From Malacoraja senta (taxonomy: Eukaryota): 64,000 bases of DNA. Position 1 is the stretch's first letter. The number at the start of each line of letters is the position of its first letter. Both the position numbers and the translations under genes were made by a program. The notes under the pieces are model-generated. The model did no database searches and was not told the DNA's origin. It saw only the letters and a list, made by a program, of their open reading frames with translations. Of this stretch, positions 56,179 to 64,000 are shown in pieces. Location of the stretch: NCBI GenBank assembly GCA_038087875.1, contig CM075978.1:37386001-37450000 (forward strand), read 5' to 3'.

Positions 56179-57451
56179 ACTTGTATGAAACTGGAAAATT
56201 ACTATCATTCCAACAATTACAACTAAAATATAATCTGGAAAACAATCAATATTTTAAATATTGTGATTATCTGAAAAAATATACAAAAGATTATTATAAT
56301 ATGCCATTAGATTTACTGGACGAAGCAATGAAGACAAAAGCCGAATCAGCAAACTTAATATCTTATTTGTATAATATTATTTTAAATGTAAAAATACCAG
56401 CAACGGATGTTATTAGAAGAGATTGGGAACAAGAATTAGCTATTAAAATTTCAAAAGAGAGGTGGGATGAACATTTATTAAATGTGCACAAATGCTCGAT
56501 TAATGTAAGACACACTTTAATTCAATTTAAAATTTTACACAGATTATACTACTCAAAAACCAAAATAAGTAAACTTTTTCCCAACGTATCACCTATCTGT
56601 GATAAATGTCAGTCTCAAGAAGCTACTATAGCGCATTCATTTGTCTTTTGTATAAAAATTCAAAAATTTTGGATTGAAATTTTTGAAATCTTTACAAAAT
56701 TATTTTAAATAAAACTGATACCAAAAGCAGAATGGATTATCTTTGGAACAACGGAAGGTAGCCCTGAACTAAATGTGTTTCAAAAGAACCTATTTGATTA
56801 TGGGTTAATAACTGGAAAAAAGCTTATTCTAAAATTCTGGAAAAATGCTCCTATACCAACAATAAACATGTGGATTTCAAATATGAAACATTACACCTGC
56901 AGAGATAAGACTCCTCCTGGCAGGCAAATCAGATCACTTCTATAGGACGTGGTCTTCATTTATAGAATTACTACAAGCATAAGTGACTTTGAGTCCTGAA
57001 AAACGCTATATAAATAAAATCTATTATTATTATTATAAGATGCAACAGTACTTTAAAAAGGCACCGATGTCAGGACTTGGTAAAGGGGGATGAAAGGTGG
57101 CGAGCTGGTATATCCCTTTTGCGCGATGTTCATAATAGAGTATCTGTCTTTCTCTTTTTTCTTCTTTCTCTTTTTTCTTTCCTAGGGTCTATCTCTTAAT
57201 TTCCTTTCTCTAATTTCTCGTCTAAAGGGTCTTCTTTCTCTTTCTTCTTTCCTTTCGTCACGTTTTTACACTAACACTATTTTCTTTCACTTTCTCTATT
57301 TTCTCAATTTCAACCTTTTTTTAATAGCTTTAAAAAATGAAGGGGTACATTAAATGTAATAAGATATACGTGGTGTGTATTAATGTAATTGATTGTAATT
57401 TAATGTACTTCTAATAAATAAAAATAAAAAAATTTAAAAAAATTAAAAAAA
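56179..57451 (+). mobile_element. L1-clade LINE 3' fragment (CCHC region, 3' UTR, poly(A))
   Basis: IQFKILHRLY...CDKC-x8-H-x4-C. TSD aag(g/a)atgaaggag at 56166-56178 and 57452-57464. Confidence 0.88.
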
Positions 57452-58089
57452 AAGAATGAAGGAGGACCCGGCGGGGGGTTCGCTGATAAGTTTTCCATTA
57501 AATTTTGTGACTGCCGGCGCCAGCTACGTGGCGACTGTGTACTGCCTAGGTGTGGTCTGTATGACTTTACATGGTTGTATGCAAAACAAAAAAATTCACT
57601 GTGCCTAGATACATGTGACAAAAAAGTATCATTGAATCGTAGAACTGACAATGGGTTCGCAGGCCAGAAGTTCCCTGACTTGTCCCCTTGTTGTTAATTT
57701 GCTTTAAAACCACCAATACTTCCTTTTTGATCATTCGAAAAGAATAGAAAAAAACTTGAAATGCAGATAAGACAAAACAAAATTCCATGTTTGCATTTCT
57801 CTTCCATTGGAACCTTTTTAAATAACTAAAAAACTGAGAAACAGCAAAATTTCCACAGTGAAAACTTCAAGAGTCAAGAGAGTTTTATTGTCATGTGTCC
57901 CTGATAGGACAATGAAATTCTTACTTGCTGCAGCACAACAGAATATGTAAACATAGTACAGAACTGGAGATAAAAGTTCCGTGTGTCTATAGACCATAGA
58001 CCATATATACATAATAAATAGTAAGATTAAATGAGAACTTACCAGTTTGAAGTTTGATCTTTATTTTATGAGGAGTTACGATGAGGGAT

Positions 58090-58127
58090 TACATGAAGAG
58101 CCCGCCAGGGCGCATGCGCGACATATC
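58090..58127. repeat. DIRS inverted terminal repeat core (pairs with 62728-62765)
   Basis: tacatgaagagcccgccagggcgcatgcgcgacatatc is the reverse complement of 62728-62765 with 2 mismatches. Confidence 0.95.
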
Positions 58128-58232
58128 TTCAAAGCAGTGGTGTGAAATCACAGATACGGTAGTCGAATTAACATAGTAAGATAAGAACTTGAATACCAGC
58201 TGACCTTTATAATAGAGGGTGGGCGTGGAGGG

Positions 58233-58330
58233 CACGTAATCCCTCAACGTAACTCCCCATAAAATAAAGATCAAACTTCAAACTGGTAAGTTCTCGTTTA
58301 ATCTTACTATTTTACTTCGGAGTCACGTGA
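58233..58330. other. DIRS internal complementary region (ICR)
   Basis: 58233-58312 is complementary to 58016-58095, and 58308-58330 is complementary to 62771-62793. Confidence 0.95.
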
Positions 58331-58473
58331 ACGCGTCCATGCTTCACACCCTGCTGTCGTAGACTGAGGAGGAAGTATGTTAACAAATCCAGACATGAAT
58401 CAATTGTCAAAAAGAAACAATAAGTGATTTATTAACACAAATTATAATAATGACCCCTGTCCTTCGGGGCATA

Positions 58474-59457
58474 TTATAAAACAGAACTCAAAATAGTCTC
58501 TGCAAAGGTCACAGGCTTGGCAACTGGCTTATTATAAAATTCTTGGAAGGTCTTCTCCCTGGACCATCCTGCCGTACCCAAGATGTGATCCATTGGAACC
58601 TCCATGTGCCGTGCTGCCGATGTGGCTGCAGCCCTGGTGGAATGAGATTTAAAAATATCAGTATCCACCCCTGCAGCCCCCAAAACCTGTCTAAGCCATC
58701 TAGATATAGTTTGGGCCGATACCCTATTGTGAGGTCTTTTGTGGCTCACTAATAGTGCCAATTCTTGGCCTCTTACTTTAGCTATTAGCTCAATGTAAAG
58801 TAACAGATGTGTCATAACGCATAAGCGAACATCTGTAGGGTATGCCCGAAACTCTAGTTTAAGGCCAGATGACCCTGGCCTGTTTTGCTTTACCAGTTCA
58901 TGAATATAAAATGTTATATCATATGTCCCTTTGGCCATCGAGTTCAGTCGTAATTTGTGTAAAGATTGCACCCGCTGGGCCGAGACCAGTGCCATCAGCA
59001 TTACCAATTTAAGGGTAAGTTTCTCCAGGGACAGGGACGTTGCTGGTGACCAACCCCGAAGCAACGTCAGCACAATACTCACATCCCAAATGTGAGAGTA
59101 TCTGGCCTTAGGGGGATTCGAGTTGAATATACCCCTCATTAGTTTGGAAACCAAGGGGTGAGATCCCAGTGAATGGTGGTCGAATCCCCGCCACAAATAG
59201 GTCGATAGGGCACTCCTGGCCCTGTTGATGGCACTGTAGCTAAGCCTTTCATCGAAATGAAGGTTAGCGAGGAACTCCAGGACATTAGTTACAGTGGCTG
59301 AGTTATACTCAACATTAGTCCTGGAACGATATAGTTCCCATTTCCTGATGTAAGTCAGGTACTGTTTCCTGGTAGACTCTCTTTGTGCCGCCGTGATCAT
59401 GTTGATGGTTCGGTCCGTCAGTCCAAGATCCAGAAGTGGCCTGTTCAAATTCTGCAA
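58474..59457 (-). CDS. DIRS tyrosine recombinase (uninterrupted 327-codon frame, TTG start in the ORF track)
   Basis: Catalytic-type motifs SAQR...HSTR...AGW...FY; N-terminal SAM-like segment RESTRKQYLTYIRKW. Confidence 0.93.
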   Translation of the reverse strand: MQNLNRPLLDLGLTDRTINMITAAQRESTRKQYLTYIRKWELYRSRTNVEYNSATVTNVLEFLANLHFDERLSYSAINRARSALSTYLWRGFDHHSLGSHPLVSKLMRGIFNSNPPKARYSHIWDVSIVLTLLRGWSPATSLSLEKLTLKLVMLMALVSAQRVQSLHKLRLNSMAKGTYDITFYIHELVKQNRPGSSGLKLEFRAYPTDVRLCVMTHLLLYIELIAKVRGQELALLVSHKRPHNRVSAQTISRWLRQVLGAAGVDTDIFKSHSTRAAATSAARHMEVPMDHILGTAGWSREKTFQEFYNKPVAKPVTFAETILSSVL

Positions 59458-61392
59458 ATTAACAGATTAGTCCTGTCATGGCATGGATGACTTTCGCCAG
59501 TAACAGGATGGACCATCAAGTCTGGTCTTTTAGTGACGGCCATACATGGTTCTGAAACTATGTCGAGAACCACAGGGAACCATGGCTGGGTAGGCCAGTC
59601 GGGTACTACCAAAATACCTGACACAGAGTCTTGTTGTATTTTGCGTAAGACCCGACTGATGAGGCAGAAGGGGGGAAATGCATAGAAAAACAAATTTCCC
59701 CAGTGCAGCGAAAATGCGTCCATCGCTGCTGCCCCAGGGTCTGGTTCCCATGCAACATATGTCGGCAACTGGTGGTTAAGCCTAGATGCAAATAGATCGA
59801 TATCTGGTGTTCCATATCTTGCTATGATGTCTGCAAACACTTTGGGGTCCAACATCCATTCAGTGTTGTCATTAAATTTTCGTGACCTGGTGTCTGCCAC
59901 TGAATTAAGTTTACCTGGTAGGTAAATAGCAGATATCCAAATGTTTCTCTTGATACACCATTGCCAGATTGAATTGGCCAGATCATCACATGATATCGAT
60001 CTGATTCCACCCATGTGATTAATATAAGCCACCGCAGTGGTATTAGCTATTTGTAGGCGAACATGCAAATGATGCATTTTTGAACAGTACGCCTTCATAG
60101 AATGCTCCCAACATTTCCAAATAATTTATACCAAGTGTATAAAGCAAAGATGATTCATGCGCATCCCATGCCCCCACAACTGGAGATGGTGTTGGTGGCA
60201 CCCCAACCTTGAGCGCTGGCATCAGTCTGTAATACAACTGACGGGTTGCTAATAATAATGGAGCTGAAGGAACGCCAAATATTATGCGTCCACCATCGGA
60301 GTTCCAAAATAGCTTTTGTTGGTAATTGCATTGGTCTATCGAAATGACCAGCATGATGTTTAAGTGCTTGCACCTTTGCTCTCTGTAAATTTTGGTAGTG
60401 CAAAGGTCCAAAGTGTGTCGCTGGAAAAGCAGCTACGATTTTGCCAATTACCCTTGCTACTTGTCTGATAGATGGTTGACTGATGACAGCAAGGTTGCTG
60501 CAAACTTCCATTAATTCAGTTGCCTTTCCCCTAGGTAAAGTCACAGTCATGTGAACTGAATTAATGGCGAATCCCAAATAGTCCATAGTCGTGGATGGTG
60601 TTAACTGATTTATCTGGATGTATGATAAACCCCAGTTTCTCAAAATAGTCCTATGGTAGCTGTAACAGCTAATTTGGCTAATTCGTAGGTTTTACCCACG
60701 ATTAGTATGTCATCTAAATACGCCATGACAATATGTTTTTGTTTCCGAAGAAACGCCAGAGCTGGTTTCAGTAATTTGGTGAATAATCTGGGGGCTGAGG
60801 TCAATCCATTAGGTGGTGCTTTGTACTGCCAAAGCTGCCCCATCCAGTTAAACTTCAGATATCGGCGGTGATCCTTGTGTATAGGCACCGAATAGTATGC
60901 ATCTTTTAAATCGATGCATGCCATGAAGTAGCCTTCGGAAATCAATTGTTTGGCCATGACAAAGGTTTCCATTTTGAAGTGAGTATACTGCACAAATGTG
61001 TTCAATTGTCTCAAATCAATAATGATGCGACATCCACCATCTTTTTTCTTTTTTGTGAAAATGTTTGACACAAATTCTCGAGACTCATGTTGAGATCTCT
61101 CAATTACACCCTTAGTATAAAGCCTTATAATTTCAGCATGACCATCCAACTTCTCTTGTTGTGATAGAATAAATGATCTGATGGGTGCATGCTGAACCGG
61201 AGGAAGGTGTTTGTTTTCTAATTCAATTTCATATCCTTGAACACTATGCAGTGGATAAGAATCAGAGGTTATTGAGCTCCATGCCTCACAAAACCAGTGT
61301 AACCTACCACCAACAAGTGTATCCATTGCACCTGCTATGTCCTGGGAGGAACCAGACCCACCTACCTCCATGGTTACCAGTGGGGTGTTCAT
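59445..61392 (-). pseudogene. DIRS pol: RT + RNase H + DNA N6-adenine methyltransferase-like domain, split by about 3 frameshifts
   Basis: RT: KKKDGGCRIIIDLR, IDLKDAY, GLTSAPRLF, YLDD (60640-61392). RNase H: TDAS, INYLEM, NTTAVAYINHMGG, NSVADTRSR. MT: IDLFAS, YAFPPF, LVVPDWPTQPWF (59445-60098). Confidence 0.92.
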
Positions 61393-62593
61393 CTCTTCTT
61401 CTTATGTTTCTTGGCCGATTGAGGTGCTGGAATTCGGGGTTGGCGCATCTTCAACGAAGGTCGCTCTGGGCCGCGGTCTAAAAAAGACCTTTGTCCTTGA
61501 GTTGCGGCCTTCAAGCTTTCACCAGCTTCGACGTGACGTGCCCTGCTGGTGGATGCATAGGGGTGCTGTCGCCGAGGTATTTTGCCCGATGCCTTGATGA
61601 GCCCGGCGGCTTTCGCCTCTTCATCCAGCTCTTTAACCTGTTTGGACAGGTTGCCCCCGAATAACAAAATTGGCGGCGGTGTGGTGTTGGTCTTGCACAG
61701 AGCCGCAAATTTGGGGTTCAAGGCTTGGCGGATGGAGTTCTTTCGGAAACAGTTGATCTCGAACTGTGTATTGCAAAGCATCGCCAGCGTATCTTGCTGA
61801 GCCTCTGTCATTTCCGTGTCATCCACTGACCGGGCAAATTCTGAAATCCCCGTTGTTAAAAGTTTGAGGATTTTCTGCATTTGTACCTCCTGTGCCCTTA
61901 TACCTGCACCAATATGTCCCCAGATGGAGGGATTCACTGCTGGGACATTCAGTGAAATACAGTTCCCTGGTGCCAGGTATTTTGCAGTGGTTTCATTAAG
62001 TGCCTGTTCCTGTAATTGATGGGTTGAAAGGTAGTCAATGCTGGCTGCTAGTTGTTGTTTCAGCGGCTGCCCTGACTGTGGAGGCACCGCAAACTTTTTC
62101 ACCATACCCAGCATCTTCTCTTCTGGCACCCCCAGCACACTTGAAGTATCTTCAGCCAACCCTTGTTCAGAGTCACCCCAGAAATGACTCCCAATGCTCC
62201 CCTCTGTCGAGGGAAATACATTGTGCAGCCCTGAAAAAAGGTACTGCCATGGGCTTCCTAGGAGGCCCGTAGTGACATAACTCCTTCTCCCGGAGTTTGT
62301 CACGGTGAAGCAATGGCTCCACTAGCCGTTCCAGACGTGAAATGCGACTACTGTCGCTGTCTGCCGGCGGCGTTTGCTCATGGCCCGATACATTGGAGTC
62401 CATGAGCGTGTTCCTCCTTTTGCCGTTCCTGTCAGCTATGTGGTGACCCAGGCTGCACAGGTGCCGGGACAGAGACCGCTGATCGCAAAGATTGCGATGC
62501 TGCAGTCGGCCGCTGCTGGCTCCCGGTACTCTCGCGGTCCTCCTCAGCCAGTTTCTTAGCGGCCCATTTAGACTTGGTACGGGTCCTGTCCAT
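61389..62593 (-). pseudogene. DIRS ORF1 (gag-like), about 2 frameshifts
   Basis: ATG at 62593 (MDRTRTKSKW). Continues through ORF-track frames 62173-62622 and 61389-62303 (PAVNPSIW, LLFGGNL, basic C-terminus). Stop overlaps the pol ATG as ATGA at 61392-61389. Confidence 0.75.
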
Positions 62594-62727
62594 CGTTGGT
62601 CTTCCTGTAAACAGAAAGACACTCGAAAAACGACCTCAGAGTAAGTAACTTACCTGTAGGTCTCCGGTTTTAAGCTTACCGCTGCGGGGAACGCTCCTCC
62701 CCGCCTGTCGCTCTCAATGCGCTAGAC

Positions 62728-62765
62728 GATATGTCGCGCATGCGCCCTGGCGTGCTCTTCACGTA
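62728..62765. repeat. DIRS inverted terminal repeat core (pairs with 58090-58127)
   Basis: gatatgtcgcgcatgcgccctggcgtgctcttcacgta. Confidence 0.95.
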
Positions 62766-63659
62766 GTCACTCACGTGACTCTGAAGTAAAATAAACAGAT
62801 AAAGTGCAATAGTAATAATAGACTTATTGTTCAGAGCTTATTTGATGTTGTGTTTAATAGCCTGATGGCTGTGGGGAAGAAGCTGTTCCTGATGTTATAG
62901 ATTTCAGGCTCCTTTACCTCCTTCCCGATGGCAACGGAGAGATGAGTGTGTGACCAGGATGGTGACCAGGACGGACACGTAATCCAAAGGTTAACATATA
63001 TGGGGGATGGTTGTGGCCCCTTACACAAAGCACACAACTTTTAAAAGAATACACTGCCTCTTAAAACACAAGAGGTCCGGTAAATGTATTTATCTTTCTT
63101 GTTACTCACTTTGTGCGTGCTTTACTGTTGCTAGTCTTACCATCTCGTGCTGATTCTTCGCCATGGCTACAAATATTTTTCTTCCTTAAAAAACATTTCC
63201 TTGTCTCTTCCACCAAGCCTTTTGCTCCGTGGGGAGTGCTTCCAGGTTATATCCTTTACCTATTACTGTTATAATTATTTTTTTATTATTGTTCACTATA
63301 GTTTGTACTATGGATCCCTAGGATCCCCCTTCGATATTACCGCATTTCTTATTGATACCCATCCTCAGTATGTTTGGTTGTACTATTTTATACCACCTTA
63401 AGGTTTCTTTCTCTTCAACACAAGCTGCCCTGATGTCTAACTTTCTCCGTGTCAGTACCCTGACTTTTAATTTCTTGTGTCAGTATCTTGATATCAAACC
63501 TCTCCTTCTTGTTTTGTGCTAATCAATAATCTCTTGAGCCTGCTTCATCATTCAGCAAGATCTTCTAATTAACACAATTGTTCTGCTCATTACCATATCT
63601 TGTAATTCTTCTCATATCCAAATATTTATTTAATTCTGTTGTGATTGAGAACAATGTTT

Positions 63660-63880
63660 ATCCGTGTGGAGTTTGCACATTCTTCCTGTGACCGAGTGCG
63701 TTTCCATCAGCTGCTCCGGTTTCTTCCCACGTACTGAAGTCGTGCCGTTTTGTAGGTTAATTGCCCTCTGTAAATTGGCCCTTGTGTAAAGCGTGTAGAT
63801 ATAAAAGTGGGATTAAGTAGTGCTGAAGTGGATAGGTGGCCGGCGTAGACGGTGGGCCGAATGGACTAGTTCTACTACTA
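63660..63880 (+). mobile_element. SINE fragment (HE1/V-SINE-like)
   Basis: gtgtggagtttgcacattct...ctccggtttcttcccac...ggtgggccgaatggac. Confidence 0.65.
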
Positions 63881-64000
63881 TCACTTACGATCTTATGGCT
63901 TGCATTATCCACACTGAAGGACCAATCCATCATGATCAGCACATCCTATGCTGCATTTTCTTCCTGACATTCTGCATGGACATACTGAATTTGTCACAAT

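Larger units (their letters stand above)
58016..62793 (-). mobile_element. Full-length DIRS1-type tyrosine recombinase retrotransposon (frameshifted gag and pol, intact YR)
   Basis: gag-RT-RH-MT-YR order, 38-bp ITR pair, ICR complementary to both termini, AAATA at both boundaries. Confidence 0.95.
57866..62975 (-). mobile_element. Rex1-like 3' fragment split by the DIRS insertion (57866-58015 and 62794-62975)
   Basis: (cttgact)n tail at about 57868; IRNSFFPTAIRLLN in 62831-63037. Flanks rejoin as ataat-AAATA-aacagat. Confidence 0.7.

Noticed and set aside
58474-60098. Integrase plus methylase as prophage, bacterial contamination or horizontal transfer
   Set aside because: Both lie within a canonical DIRS structure with RT, RNase H, ITR and ICR, inserted in a host repeat.
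62985-63560. Possible LTR, L1 5' fragment or AHNAK2 exon 1
   Set aside because: No recognisable motifs, paired repeat or MCDCF-like start; left unassigned.

Overview
Vertebrate genomic DNA, most likely a cartilaginous fish such as a skate or ray (inferred from the repeat complement: HE1/V-SINE-like SINEs, CR1, Penelope, Rex1-like and fish-type L1). The window is dominated by an AHNAK2 gene on the minus strand. Five small exons (52136-45890) that I spliced by hand with GT-AG boundaries and consistent phase encode the AHNAK2 N-terminal RPRPQGSSP motif and the PDZ domain. They join one uninterrupted 29,352-nt coding exon (42959-13608) containing about 43 tandem 210-222-aa repeats organised into higher-order blocks, giving a protein of about 10,000 aa. 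Exon 1 was not found in the window. The presumed intron 1 holds a full-length but frameshifted DIRS1-type tyrosine-recombinase retrotransposon (gag, RT-RNase H-adenine methyltransferase, intact YR). It has ITRs, an internal complementary region that spells out the circle junction, and a 5-bp AAATA crossover core. Other features are two non-autonomous Helitron copies with different internal minisatellites, Penelope-related short repeats with minimal-hammerhead-like motifs, a double L1 insertion with overlapping TSDs, many CR1/Rex1/L1/SINE fragments and a 200-N assembly gap. No clearly new biological system is proven; the best leads are the giant modular exon, a candidate short AHNAK2 isoform, and possible spliced expression of the DIRS recombinase.
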